Shown here: positions 40,766 through 50,804 of the stretch, in pieces
How positions within the stretch are numbered: the first letter of the stretch is position 1
Layout: the number at the start of each line of letters is the position of its first letter
From: Candidatus Saccharimonadia bacterium
Lineage (GTDB): Bacteria; Patescibacteriota; Saccharimonadia; UBA4664
DNA length: 64,000 nt
Reading direction: 5' to 3'
Assembly: GCA_038245115.1 (NCBI GenBank)
Contig: JBBRSS010000004.1
Span: 1,804-65,803 of the forward strand
The notes under the pieces: model-generated
Seen by the model: only the letters and a program-made list of their open reading frames with translations
What the model was told of the DNA's origin: nothing
Databases searched by the model: none
Translations under genes and position numbers: made by a program

Positions 40766-40831
40766 GCATCTAGTGTATACCCGCTGATATGAGTGCGGCT
40801 TCGGTCCAATATATTTGCTACAGTAGATAAC

Positions 40832-41383
40832 ATGAAGCAACCATCTGTCGGCAGCCAGTCAATCGTTCTCGGAGGAGGGTGTTTTTGGTGCCTTGAAGCC
40901 ACCTACCAGATGGTCGAGGGGGTCGAGAGTGTTGTTTCGGGCTACGCCGGGGGCCATGTCGAAGAGCCAACCTATGAGCAGGTGAGCGGGGGTGCTACCG
41001 GCCATGCCGAGGTCGTCAAAGTCGATTTTAACCCTGAGGTGATCGACCTGGACGCAATTCTGGAGATATTTTGGGCAGTTCACGACCCCACCACGCCCAA
41101 CCGGCAAGGGTACGATATTGGCTCCCAGTATCGTTCGATTATTTTGTTCGCCGACGATGAGCAAAAGCGGCTTGCCGAAGCCTCTATGCAGGCTATAGCC
41201 AATTTGTGGCCTGGCCCAATCGTTACCGAAATTGTCCCACTCGAGCATTTTTATGAGGCCGAAAGCTACCATCAAAACTATTTCCGCAACAATCCCGAGC
41301 AGGGCTACTGCCAAGCTATAATAAATCCCAAACTCGCCAAACTCCGTCAACATTTTGCATCGCGATTAAGAAAGGCCGCATAA
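40832..41383 (+). CDS. msrA: Peptide-methionine (S)-S-oxide reductase
   Basis: GGGCFWC, GYAGG, HDPT..NRQG.D.GSQYRS, AESYHQNY. Confidence 0.96.
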   Translation: MKQPSVGSQSIVLGGGCFWCLEATYQMVEGVESVVSGYAGGHVEEPTYEQVSGGATGHAEVVKVDFNPEVIDLDAILEIFWAVHDPTTPNRQGYDIGSQYRSIILFADDEQKRLAEASMQAIANLWPGPIVTEIVPLEHFYEAESYHQNYFRNNPEQGYCQAIINPKLAKLRQHFASRLRKAA

Positions 41384-41387
41384 ACCC

Positions 41388-42977
41388 ATGATCAATACCC
41401 TCACTGCCGTCACTCCGGAAGTTCTAGAAGATATCGCCGCCGAACAGCGCCTGCGCCAAACCACCGAGGTATTTCTACTGTTCGCTATGGGCAGTCAATT
41501 CGACCATCTTATTAAGCTCCAGCTTGACCGTTTGGGGGTATATTGCCTGGTCGCCGACCCGTCGCACGTGAACGTCGAGGACGTGAAGCGGTTGGCCCCC
41601 ACCGGCATCATCGTCTCCGGCGGACCAGCCTCAGTTCATACCGATGCGGTTCCTTTCGATTCCGGAATTTATGAGCTTGGCATCCCGGTGCTGGGAATTT
41701 GCCTCGGTTTCCAGATGTGGGCCGCCCACCATGGGGCGGTAGTGGCGCCGGCACCTCAGCGCGAGTTTGGCGTTCACTCGCTCAATGTTGCTCAGGTAGA
41801 CTCGCCATTATTTGTGGGCATACCGGGCCACACTAAAGTGCTTCAAAGCCACGGTGACCGCATTGAGCCCGGAGACCAAATGGAAGTCCTCGCCGGCACC
41901 GACAATGCGCCAGTGGCGGCCGGTCACCTAGGCCACCTCTGGGGCGTGCAGTTTCATCCCGAGGTTACCGCCAGCGAGCACGGCGGTCAGGTGTTCGAAA
42001 ATTTCTGTTTCACCATATGCGGCGCCAAAGACCGTTTTCCGGCCGAAGATGTCGCCGGCCGCAAGGTAGCTGAGGTGCGTGAACGTGTCGGCACGGGCAA
42101 GGTCTTGTTGGCCCTATCTGGGGGTAGTGACTCATCCGTAGTGGCAACTATCCTTACCGCAGCCCTCAGTCCAGACCAGATCCGAGCCGTTTATATCCGC
42201 GGCATCGATCGCCCCGACGACGAAGCGTTTGTGCATCAATACTTTGGCCATCTCGACTTGGTAGTTTGCGATGCCACGGATGATTTTCTCGTCGCTTTGG
42301 CCGGTCACACCGGTATGCACGCCAAGCGCGTGGCCATGCGCGGGGTTTATAAACAAGTGCTCGAAAACGAAGTTACCAAATTTGGTGCCGATTTTATTGC
42401 CCAGGGCACACTGTACACCGACCTCACGGAGTCGGGCGGGGGACACAGCTCCGGCGCACGCAAAGCTCAGATCAAGCTTCATCATAATACCGGCCTCGAA
42501 TTTTCCTGTGCCGAACTCACTCCGCTCGACGATATGGTCAAAGACACCGCCCGCGCCGTCGGTCGCAGCCTAGGCACCCGCGAAGAACTACTAGTACGCC
42601 ATCCCTTTCCGGGGCCGGGTTTGGTAGTGCGCATAGAGGGTGAAGTCACTGCCGACAAACTCCGCATTGCGCGCGCCGCCGATGGTATCTACCTCGAGGA
42701 GTTGCGCGCCGCCGATTTGTACAATAGCGTTTGGCAGGCCGGCGCAGTGGTGACTCACTCGGTGGCGACATATTCCAAGGGCGATGATGCCGGCACCGGT
42801 TTGGTACTGGCAATCTGGGCCGTCTGGAGCGTTAACGGCTTTACCGCCGAGTGGGCCGAGTTGCCCTATGATTTCTTGCGCGGCCTATCGCGCCGCCTAA
42901 CCAATGAAATTCCCGAGCTGGCTTCGGTGGTCTACCGCATCTCCGACAAACCACCCGCCACGATCGAATGGGGGTAA
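41388..42977 (+). CDS. guaA: GMP synthase (glutamine-hydrolysing)
   Basis: SGGP.SV, GICLG.Q, QFHPEV, LSGGSDS, QGTLYTD, IKLHHN, HPFPGPGL, KPPATIEW. Confidence 0.95.
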   Translation: MINTLTAVTPEVLEDIAAEQRLRQTTEVFLLFAMGSQFDHLIKLQLDRLGVYCLVADPSHVNVEDVKRLAPTGIIVSGGPASVHTDAVPFDSGIYELGIPVLGICLGFQMWAAHHGAVVAPAPQREFGVHSLNVAQVDSPLFVGIPGHTKVLQSHGDRIEPGDQMEVLAGTDNAPVAAGHLGHLWGVQFHPEVTASEHGGQVFENFCFTICGAKDRFPAEDVAGRKVAEVRERVGTGKVLLALSGGSDSSVVATILTAALSPDQIRAVYIRGIDRPDDEAFVHQYFGHLDLVVCDATDDFLVALAGHTGMHAKRVAMRGVYKQVLENEVTKFGADFIAQGTLYTDLTESGGGHSSGARKAQIKLHHNTGLEFSCAELTPLDDMVKDTARAVGRSLGTREELLVRHPFPGPGLVVRIEGEVTADKLRIARAADGIYLEELRAADLYNSVWQAGAVVTHSVATYSKGDDAGTGLVLAIWAVWSVNGFTAEWAELPYDFLRGLSRRLTNEIPELASVVYRISDKPPATIEWG

Positions 42978-43145
42978 TCCGCAGAATAACTTTGCAAAAT
43001 GGGTTATGATAAGGCCATAAATTCAAACCTGAAATGAAATTTACCACTCTTAAAATGTCACCAATTACCCCAGTCCGGATTGCCAATTTTGCATTTGTTT
43101 TGGCTCTGCCTGGGTATTTTTGTGATGATTGTCGTGATTAAATAA

Positions 43146-43631
43146 ATGTCCCGTATTGTCATAGGTTCAGCTTCGCCGAGTTCGCTTCCTGCCCTCAACC
43201 GTTTATTCACCGACGCTGTTGCTATTCATTTTTCGTATTTCCCGCCTGCCGTCCAAAAGCGCGTTATCGATGATCATTCCGTATTTCGGTTAATCTTGGC
43301 CACGCTTGACCCGCATCGCGTAATTTTAGTAGCTCGTACCAAGGGAAAAATTATCGGCTATGCTATCGGGGCTGCTCCCGCCAGCGGACCTGCTCAGCTA
43401 TTTTGGCTGTATGTGGACCCTGATTATCGCGGCGCCAACACCGGCCTAAGCCTGCTCTCGCGTATGCTGCGGCATCTTCAGACAAAGGGTGCCCAAGTAG
43501 TATCTATCGCCACTCATGATCACCGGGCTTACTACGAACGCCAGGGCTTTAAATTTGTTAAGAATACCCTTGTTAACGGTGTTAAAATGGACGTGCTTAG
43601 CTTCAGACTTACGCCGCCGATATCGATATGA
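43146..43631 (+). CDS. GNAT acetyltransferase
   Basis: LYVDPDYRG..G..LL, YYERQGF. Confidence 0.85.
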   Translation: MSRIVIGSASPSSLPALNRLFTDAVAIHFSYFPPAVQKRVIDDHSVFRLILATLDPHRVILVARTKGKIIGYAIGAAPASGPAQLFWLYVDPDYRGANTGLSLLSRMLRHLQTKGAQVVSIATHDHRAYYERQGFKFVKNTLVNGVKMDVLSFRLTPPISI

Positions 43632-44938
43632 AATTAGTCAAACCCAAACTCAAATCCCAAAACGTTCATGTGAGACCCGTCTTCGGTCTGCTATTGCTGC
43701 TCACTGTCTTTGAGGCCGGTATAGTTTATTTGGCTAACAGTACGTCCGTCCCGGTGGGCAGTTCTCCTCTGGTATCGCCGAAATCGCCCGTCCGAGCGGG
43801 TTCGGTAATCTCTGTGGCTACCGTCGAGCATTTCTCACCGGACGCCACAACGGCGCTCATCAAGCATAATTACCCGGCGGGCGTACCGGGGGAGGGTATT
43901 GGCGTTACTAAAATAACGTTTAGCTACCGCACCCAGGTGCCGAATGGTCAAATGGTTGCTATCCATGGGCGTGCCTATTTGCCGGATGACGCTCGTGCCA
44001 ATTTGCCGATATTCGCCTTCGGTCCAGGCACCACCGGTATCGGCGACCAGTGCGCCCCCAGCCTCGAGAAGCCAGCCGTGGCCAACTGGGGCAATTACGA
44101 CGCGCACATGAGCGCCTACGCCCTTCAGGGCTTCGCTGCCGTTACGACCGACTATGAGGGTATGCGTGACCCCGATCGGGTTCACCATTACATGGTGGGC
44201 GAGCTAGAAGGACGTGCCCTACTTGATGCCGTTCGGGGCTTGCGCCATCTTCCTCAGGGGCAGGGCCGCCTCAGCCCGACCAGCGTCTTTTTGGCGGGCT
44301 ACTCTCAGGGCGGCCATGCCGCATTTTGGGCCGACAAAATTGCCGATCGCTATGCGCCCGACGTTCGCCCGCTCGGCGTGATAGGCTTTGGGCCCGTCAT
44401 GAGCGTGAAGCAAACTCTGGCTGACGTCACTCACGGCGCCAACATTAACTGGTTTGGGCCCAACGTAGTGCGCAGTTTCGAGGATTATTACCAGCAAACT
44501 TACCCGGGTGTCATTCTCCCTGCGCGCGAGAATAACCTGGCGGCCAATGTTGACGCTCATTGTATTGATACCGACTTATCGTACTGGGGCCACAACCCTG
44601 CCGCTATCTACACTCCCGAGTTCATCGGGTCGGCTCTGGCCGGGGACATTTCCACTAAGTACAGCGAGTTTGGCAAAGCTCTCGACGAAAATGAGGTCGG
44701 TGCAGTCAGTACTGACAGTGCCAAGCGTATCAATCAAGGCGCTAACGATAATGTAGTTCTGCCCGCCCAGCAGGCCGTTGCCTTGCCTAAACTTTGTGCC
44801 TCCAGTGCTGGGCCAGTGCAATTAGTAGTCTATTCCGGCACCACCCATTACGACGCCATGCTCCATAGTTTTGGCGACACTATCGGCTGGATGCGTGCTC
44901 TCGAGAATCACCAGCCCGTGCCCTCAACCTGTAGTTAG
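43628..44938 (+). CDS. Membrane-anchored/secreted lipase (alpha/beta hydrolase, secretory-lipase-like)
   Basis: N-terminal TM, GTTGIGDQCAPS, TDYEG, GYSQGG nucleophile elbow, D.VV and H catalytic positions. Confidence 0.85.
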   Translation: MKLVKPKLKSQNVHVRPVFGLLLLLTVFEAGIVYLANSTSVPVGSSPLVSPKSPVRAGSVISVATVEHFSPDATTALIKHNYPAGVPGEGIGVTKITFSYRTQVPNGQMVAIHGRAYLPDDARANLPIFAFGPGTTGIGDQCAPSLEKPAVANWGNYDAHMSAYALQGFAAVTTDYEGMRDPDRVHHYMVGELEGRALLDAVRGLRHLPQGQGRLSPTSVFLAGYSQGGHAAFWADKIADRYAPDVRPLGVIGFGPVMSVKQTLADVTHGANINWFGPNVVRSFEDYYQQTYPGVILPARENNLAANVDAHCIDTDLSYWGHNPAAIYTPEFIGSALAGDISTKYSEFGKALDENEVGAVSTDSAKRINQGANDNVVLPAQQAVALPKLCASSAGPVQLVVYSGTTHYDAMLHSFGDTIGWMRALENHQPVPSTCS

Positions 44939-44970
44939 CGTAAGATGTAATAAGATACGTCAACAAAACA

Positions 44971-46107
44971 ATGTCAAAATATAAGCAACAATTCGAAACC
45001 GCTACCGGCCGCCTCTCCCGTCCCGGCAATAAAATCACCGTGCTTCAAAACGGGAATGAAATATTCCCCGCTATGATGCGGGCTATTAATGGTGCGCAGA
45101 CGAGCATTGAGTTTACGACTTACGTCTTGTGGCGCAGTCATATTGCTACCGACATTGCCGATGCCCTCTGCGAGCGGGCGAGGGCGGGTGTATCGGTTCG
45201 GTTGCTCATCGACGCCGTTGGTGGTGCCATTATGAGCACCCGTACCTTCGGTAAGTTGGTGCAGGCTGGCGTTAAAGTGGCCTGGTTTAGGCCCATGGGG
45301 GTCAGGCAGCTACGTCACCTCAATCACCGCACCCATCGCAAAATCCTGTTGGTAGATGGCCTAATCGGTTTTACCGGCGGGGTTGGCATAGCCGATCAAT
45401 GGGGCGGGAATGCTCAGGGGCCAGATCATTGGCGCGAAACGCATTGCCGCATCGAGGGGCCGGCCTGTATCGATCTCCATGAGGGCTTTGCCGACAACTG
45501 GCTAGAAGCCACTTCGGAACGGCTCCCGCCGCCTGCCACACCGCCCAGCCTCGGGCCCACCGAGATTCTCACCACGCCCAGCACCGACGGGCCGCGTCCC
45601 ACCGGTATTGAGCGCCTGTTTGGAGCGGCCATCGCCACCGCGCAGAACCGACTTTGGATAGCCACCGCTTACTTTGTGCCCAGACCAGAGCAAATAGCGG
45701 CCCTCTGTGCCGCCGCGGCTCGAGGTGTGGATGTGCGCGTGCTCACCAACGGTCCGAGCACCAACCATAAGCTCACGCGGCTTGCCGGGCAGGCTAGTTA
45801 TGAGGCGTTAATTGAAAACGGTGTGCGCATTTATGAGTATCAGCGCACCGTTTTGCATGTTAAACTCATCACGGTTGATTCGCAGTGGGCCACAATTGGC
45901 TCGGCCAACTTCGATAACCGGTCCTTTGTTCTTAATGATGAGCTCAACATTTCCATCGAAGGCGCCGATTTTGCGGCCCTACTCGATAAACAGTTTATGC
46001 AGGACCTCAAGGGCTCGAAGCATATCAGCATGGCGTCTTGGCAGCATCGTGGCTGGCGCAATCGTATGCTGGAGGCAGGTTCCCGAGCATTCAGTCAACA
46101 ACTATAG
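44971..46107 (+). CDS. Cardiolipin synthase-like phospholipase D (no N-terminal TM)
   Basis: Two HKD motifs HRKILLVD and HVKLITVD..GSANFD.RS. Confidence 0.92.
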   Translation: MSKYKQQFETATGRLSRPGNKITVLQNGNEIFPAMMRAINGAQTSIEFTTYVLWRSHIATDIADALCERARAGVSVRLLIDAVGGAIMSTRTFGKLVQAGVKVAWFRPMGVRQLRHLNHRTHRKILLVDGLIGFTGGVGIADQWGGNAQGPDHWRETHCRIEGPACIDLHEGFADNWLEATSERLPPPATPPSLGPTEILTTPSTDGPRPTGIERLFGAAIATAQNRLWIATAYFVPRPEQIAALCAAAARGVDVRVLTNGPSTNHKLTRLAGQASYEALIENGVRIYEYQRTVLHVKLITVDSQWATIGSANFDNRSFVLNDELNISIEGADFAALLDKQFMQDLKGSKHISMASWQHRGWRNRMLEAGSRAFSQQL

Positions 46108-46138
46108 TAAAATACCCCTGAATTAGGAGATCATCAGT

Positions 46139-47032
46139 ATGTCCAAAAAAGTTACCAAAGCAATTATTTGCGCCGCCGGCCTCGGAACGCGTTTTTTGCC
46201 CATGACCAAAGCCATGCCCAAAGAGATGCTGCCCATCATCGATAAGCCGATTATTCAGTATGTCGTCGAAGAGGCAGTAGCGGCCGGTATTACCGACATT
46301 ATTATCGTCGGGAGCGCCAACAAGCGCACCATTGAGGACCATTTTGACCACCAGTATGAACTCGAGGCCAAATTACGCAAAGATGGCAAAGCCGAGCTCG
46401 CCGAAAGCATGGAAAAGGTCGCCGAGCTCGCCAACTTTATTTACCTGCGCCAAAAAGGCATATACGGCAATGCTACTCCCGTACTAAATGCGGCTCACCT
46501 GCTCCACGACGAACCCTTCTTGGTTCTGTTTGCCGACGACTTCTTTAACTCCCGAGTCCCGCGTTCGGTCCAGCTGGTTGAGGCGTATGAGCGCTTCCAG
46601 AAGCCAATTATTTCGCTCGTGCCCGTTGATCCGTCCCGGGCAAAGAGCTATGGCATCGCCGATATCAAGCAGACCATCGACGAACGCAACTTTGAGCTCT
46701 CCGGTTTACTCGAAAAGCCTGAGCCCAACGAAACGCCTGAGCACAATGGCCATATCTACGCGAGTGTTGCCGGTTATATCTTTACTCCCGAAATGATGGC
46801 CTACGTCGAACGGCTCGTTCCCGACAAAACCGGTGAATTGGTTCTGGCCAACGCCATTAATGCCTACTCCAAAGACGATCAAGTATACGGGCGCATCATT
46901 GAAGGCAAATGGCACGACGCGGGGAATAAAGAGAAATATCTTGAAGCCATCGTGGACGTCGCCCTAGACGATCCAGCCATCGCGCCGGCCTTCAAGAAGT
47001 TCCTCGACGAAAAACTTAAAGGATCGGCATAA
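46139..47032 (+). CDS. galU: UTP-glucose-1-phosphate uridylyltransferase
   Basis: AAGLGTRFLP.TKAMPKEMLP..DKP.IQY, IEDHFD, LEKP. Confidence 0.95.
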   Translation: MSKKVTKAIICAAGLGTRFLPMTKAMPKEMLPIIDKPIIQYVVEEAVAAGITDIIIVGSANKRTIEDHFDHQYELEAKLRKDGKAELAESMEKVAELANFIYLRQKGIYGNATPVLNAAHLLHDEPFLVLFADDFFNSRVPRSVQLVEAYERFQKPIISLVPVDPSRAKSYGIADIKQTIDERNFELSGLLEKPEPNETPEHNGHIYASVAGYIFTPEMMAYVERLVPDKTGELVLANAINAYSKDDQVYGRIIEGKWHDAGNKEKYLEAIVDVALDDPAIAPAFKKFLDEKLKGSA

Positions 47033-47034
47033 CC

Positions 47035-48051
47035 ATGATGAAGCCAAGAGTCGCCTTTTATGATGTCCACCCAATTGATCAGGCCGTTTATCAAGATCTC
47101 ATGGCCGAAGATTTTGAGCTGATTTTTTGCGATACCGCTTTGTCCGCCGGCAACGCTAAGCTAGCCCTTGAGGCAGAGGTGCTGTCGGTGCATGTTACCA
47201 GCCCGGTTACGGCTGAGTTTATGGCGGCAATGCCCAAATTGCGTCATGTAGCTTGCCGTTCTACCGGCTATGACAATGTTGATCTGGTATATGCCAAAGC
47301 CCACGATATTTCGGTGTCAACCGTCCCTGCCTACGGTCAGGAAACGGTTGCAGAATACGCCTTTTTGATGATGCTGGCTGTCTCTCGGAAATTAATGCCG
47401 GCGGCTCATTCGGTTCAAACTCAGGAGATAATTCCCGAAAAGCTCACTGGCCATGAACTTTCCGGCAAAACCCTGGGCATTATTGGCACCGGTCGCATTG
47501 GTCAGCATGTTGCTGCGATTGGGGCTGGTTTCGGCATGAAGCTGCTGGGCTACGATCCATATCCTCAGCCCGAGGCAGCCGCTCGTCTCGGATTCACCTA
47601 TACCGATCTGCCTGAGTTGCTGGCAGCGGCCGATTATATCTCACTGCACGCGCCAGGTCGGCCGGACAATCATCACCTCATAAGCACTGAAGAATTTGAT
47701 CAGATGAAACCCGGGGTGTTTATTGTTAACACCGCTCGGGGGTCGCTCCTCGACACTGTAGCGCTCATTGACGCCCTCGAATCTGGTAAAGTTGCCGGAG
47801 CCGGCCTGGACGTCCTCGAAGGCGAAGAACTGCTCAATCTGCCGTCCGAGCTGCATCTGCTTGGCACTGCCAAATTAGGCGATGAAGCTCGTCAGGTTCT
47901 GGGCATCGAGGTTTTGCATACCATGCCCAATGTGCTGATCACTTCACACAACGCCTACAACTCGGCCGAAGCGCTTAGTCGCATTCGAACCATCACAGTA
48001 GAAAATATTATGGCTTGGCAAAAGGAAAAACCTCAAAATCTGGTCGGCTAG
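47035..48051 (+). CDS. D-2-hydroxyacid (D-lactate-type) dehydrogenase
   Basis: RSTGYDNVD, VPAYG..VAE, GTGRIG, NTARG, DVLEGE, SHNAYNS.EA. Confidence 0.9.
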   Translation: MMKPRVAFYDVHPIDQAVYQDLMAEDFELIFCDTALSAGNAKLALEAEVLSVHVTSPVTAEFMAAMPKLRHVACRSTGYDNVDLVYAKAHDISVSTVPAYGQETVAEYAFLMMLAVSRKLMPAAHSVQTQEIIPEKLTGHELSGKTLGIIGTGRIGQHVAAIGAGFGMKLLGYDPYPQPEAAARLGFTYTDLPELLAAADYISLHAPGRPDNHHLISTEEFDQMKPGVFIVNTARGSLLDTVALIDALESGKVAGAGLDVLEGEELLNLPSELHLLGTAKLGDEARQVLGIEVLHTMPNVLITSHNAYNSAEALSRIRTITVENIMAWQKEKPQNLVG

Positions 48052-48083
48052 CCAAGCCTGCCATTTTGGCGCATAATCGCCCC

Positions 48084-48251
48084 ATGAGCAACCGTAGCCT
48101 TTATCTTCTTGGCGCCACCGTGGGCGGCACACTCGGCGGTCTCCTGCCTGGAATTTGGGGCGGCAGCGACTTTTCGGGTACGGGTGTACTACTTAGCACC
48201 CTCGGCGGAATCATCGGTATTTGGGCGACCTACAAATTTATTGTCGCCTAG
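48084..48251 (+). CDS. Small Gly-rich two-TM membrane protein
   Basis: 55 aa glycine-zipper sequence; CATAAT 6 nt before ATG. Confidence 0.7.
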   Translation: MSNRSLYLLGATVGGTLGGLLPGIWGGSDFSGTGVLLSTLGGIIGIWATYKFIVA

Positions 48252-48264
48252 CCTGTACGCTAAC

Positions 48265-48306
48265 CACTAAATAAACCGCCACGAAAATTGGGCGGTTTAT
48301 TTAGTG
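48265..48306. terminator. Bidirectional terminator
   Basis: CACTAAATAAACCGCC..GGCGGTTTATTTAGTG 16-bp inverted repeat between convergent genes. Confidence 0.85.
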
Positions 48307-48320
48307 AGCAATCAATATTA

Positions 48321-48584
48321 CTAAAGCGAGTCTTTCCTAAATACCCTTACCAGCGATAGCAGAATTACGGCTCCCAGCACTGCCGTCAGTAGGCTGCCAA
48401 CGCTAAAGCTGCTAGTCGTCGACACACCCAGCATTTGCAGCGCCAACCCACCAATAAACGCGCCAATTACACCGACCGCCACATTCATCCACCCGTTAAC
48501 TTGAGCGTTCGTACCTGTCAGCATCGAGGCAATCCACCCCGCTAACGCCCCTAGTACAATCCACGTAATTATTGTCCACAACAT
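48321..48584 (-). CDS. GlsB/YeaQ/YmgE transglycosylase-associated membrane protein
   Basis: WIVLGALAGWIAS..NVAVGVIGAFIGG..AVLGAVILL; GAGGAG RBS. Confidence 0.9.
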   Translation of the reverse strand: MLWTIITWIVLGALAGWIASMLTGTNAQVNGWMNVAVGVIGAFIGGLALQMLGVSTTSSFSVGSLLTAVLGAVILLSLVRVFRKDSL

Positions 48585-48775
48585 AAGATAACTCCTCACT
48601 TAAATGCTTAACCACAATATCTTCTCGAGGTATTTGAGGGTAATAGTCATAATTCCAATACTACAAAATAATTCCAAGTTAACCTTAGAAATATCACCAA
48701 ATTGCATTTAGCCGTGGCGGCACACCCGCCATCATGATATAAATATCCTTAACGATAACCACACACAGGAGATAT

Positions 48776-49309
48776 ATGGGCTACCCCTACAATAAACTAG
48801 CATTTGGCAAAGACGGCGAATACGTGACCACGGTCATTGAGATCCCCAAGGGTTCAACCCTCAAGGTCGAATGGCGCCGTCACGAGGAATTATTTGCGCT
48901 CGACCGTGTCGAGCCCGCTATCTTCGCTAAGCCCACCAGCTATGGATTTATCCCCCAAACTCTCGATGAGGACGGCGACGAGCTCGATGTCCTCCTGGTC
49001 ACCACCGAGCCCCTCCCCATGGGCCTGGTCATCGAGCAAACTCGTGTTATCGGCATGGTCGACTTCGAAGACGACGGCGAAAACGACCACAAAGTCATCT
49101 GCGTTCCGGTGGACGACCGCCACTCCGGCACCATCACGCATGTCGACGAGCTGGGTGAGCAGTGGAAGCGCCAAGTAACACATCATTTCACCCACTACAA
49201 AGATCTCAAAAAGGGCGGTACGCTCGTTCGAGGCATCGTCGGCCCCGACGAAGCCTGGAAAGTCATCCGTGAATGCTCCGACCGCGCCCAAGCCGACAAG
49301 TGGTGGTAA
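48776..49309 (+). CDS. ppa: Family I inorganic pyrophosphatase
   Basis: IEIPKGS, LDR, YGFIPQTL.EDGDELDVL, D.KVI.V, F.HYK.L. Confidence 0.93.
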   Translation: MGYPYNKLAFGKDGEYVTTVIEIPKGSTLKVEWRRHEELFALDRVEPAIFAKPTSYGFIPQTLDEDGDELDVLLVTTEPLPMGLVIEQTRVIGMVDFEDDGENDHKVICVPVDDRHSGTITHVDELGEQWKRQVTHHFTHYKDLKKGGTLVRGIVGPDEAWKVIRECSDRAQADKWW

Positions 49310-49419
49310 ACCCTAGCTTTACACATGGTCTAATTATACGTAGAATAATAAAAGTTTCACCTAACTAGAACGTTAGGAGGTGGAAACTAGTCCGAAGCAC
49401 CCCTACAGAAGGGCACGAC

Positions 49420-49590
49420 ATGAAAATGGTCAAGAAGATCTTGCTGTGGACGGTGATTGCATTCATCGTCTTCGCAGTTTTCAAGTACCCCACCCAGGCG
49501 GCAGCGGATGTGCAAACCGTATGGGGATGGGTGGTGAACCTGTTCAAGAGTCTCGCAACGTTCTTCAACAGCATCCTTACCACTCACTGA
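49420..49590 (+). CDS. 56-aa small membrane protein (MKMVKKILLWTVIAFIVFAVFKYPTQAA...)
   Basis: GAAGGG RBS, TM helix then amphipathic helix, two hairpins downstream; missed by the ORF track. Confidence 0.7.
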   Translation: MKMVKKILLWTVIAFIVFAVFKYPTQAAADVQTVWGWVVNLFKSLATFFNSILTTH

Positions 49591-49650
49591 AGCCCAACAT
49601 GGGTACCAGAAGGGGAGCGTCAACTTCCCTTCAATCTTCCCCGTGCCACA

Positions 49651-49688
49651 GTCAGTCGGGGGCTCCCTTCGGGGCGCCTCCGACTGAC
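49651..49688 (+). terminator. Strong GC hairpin with TTCG loop (no T-tract)
   Basis: GTCAGTCGGGGGC..TTCG..GCCTCCGACTGAC. Confidence 0.5.
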
Positions 49689-49790
49689 GGCTCAATGCAA
49701 TTATTCGTCTGAAGATCACGCCCCGCTTGTCACTTCCAGCTCAACCTTATATGCTGGGGTTAACATAAGCGGAAAAATATTGACACAATT

Positions 49791-50801
49791 ATGACCTACA
49801 AAGTTGCCATTAATGGTTTCGGCCGCATCGGCCGCAACGCTTTTAAAATTGCTCTTGGGCACCCCGAACTAGAAATAGTCGCTGTAAACGATATCACCAG
49901 CACCGAAACGTTGGCCTATTTACTAAAACACGACTCCAACTACGGCTCTTATCAAGAGGATGTTAGCCATGATGATCAAAATCTTATTGTTGGCGGCAAA
50001 AAAATCCGTGTCACTGCCGAAAAAGACCCGGCACTCTTGCCGTGGAAAGACATGGGCGTGGATATCGTTATTGAGTCTACCGGCCGCTTCACCAAATTCG
50101 AAGACGCCAGTAAGCACATTCAGGCCGGCGCCAAGCGCGTCGTGCTTTCCGGCCCGGGTAAGGGTGAGGGGATTGGCACGTATGTCATTGGCGTCAATGA
50201 AGGCGACCTCACGGCAGCCGACTCCGTCGTGTCCAATGCTTCCTGTACTACCAACTGCATCACTCCTGTCGCCGTCGTAATTGAAGAAAATTTCGGCATT
50301 GAAAAAGCTATGATGACCACCGTTCACAGCTACACTGCCAGCCAGTCGCTTCAGGATGCGCCTTCCAAGGATGTGCGCGAAGGCCGCAACGCCGCCGAAA
50401 ACATTGTTCCCACCACCACCGGTGCCGCCACTGCCGCCGCCAAAGCTTTTCCGGCCCTCAAAGGCAAGTTCGACGGCCTCAGCGTGCGTGTACCCACCCC
50501 CGTAGTTTCGTTGAGCGACTTCACCTTCGTGACCACCAAAGATGTCACGATTGAGCAGGTTAACGCCGCCCTCAAGGCTGCTACCAAGGAGCCACGTTTC
50601 GAAGGTGTGCTCGACGTCACCGAAGAGCCGCTAGTATCCTCGGACTTCATCGGCAACCCGCACTCCGGCATTGTCGACCTGGCCCTCACCAACGTGGTCG
50701 GCGGGAACCTGCTGAAGGTTGTTGTGTGGTACGACAATGAATGGGGTTACTCCAACCGCCTCGTCGAAAACGTCCTCAATGTCGCCAAAACCATCAGCTA
50801 G
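49791..50801 (+). CDS. gap: Type I glyceraldehyde-3-phosphate dehydrogenase
   Basis: INGFGRIGR, SNASCTTNC, RVPT, WYDNEWGYS. Confidence 0.98.
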   Translation: MTYKVAINGFGRIGRNAFKIALGHPELEIVAVNDITSTETLAYLLKHDSNYGSYQEDVSHDDQNLIVGGKKIRVTAEKDPALLPWKDMGVDIVIESTGRFTKFEDASKHIQAGAKRVVLSGPGKGEGIGTYVIGVNEGDLTAADSVVSNASCTTNCITPVAVVIEENFGIEKAMMTTVHSYTASQSLQDAPSKDVREGRNAAENIVPTTTGAATAAAKAFPALKGKFDGLSVRVPTPVVSLSDFTFVTTKDVTIEQVNAALKAATKEPRFEGVLDVTEEPLVSSDFIGNPHSGIVDLALTNVVGGNLLKVVVWYDNEWGYSNRLVENVLNVAKTIS

Positions 50802-50804
50802 ATA

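Noticed and set aside
49365-49719. ORF-track calls 49365..49583, 49380..49712 and 49387..49719
   Set aside because: Implausible sequences; the 56-aa ORF 49420..49590 explains the region better.
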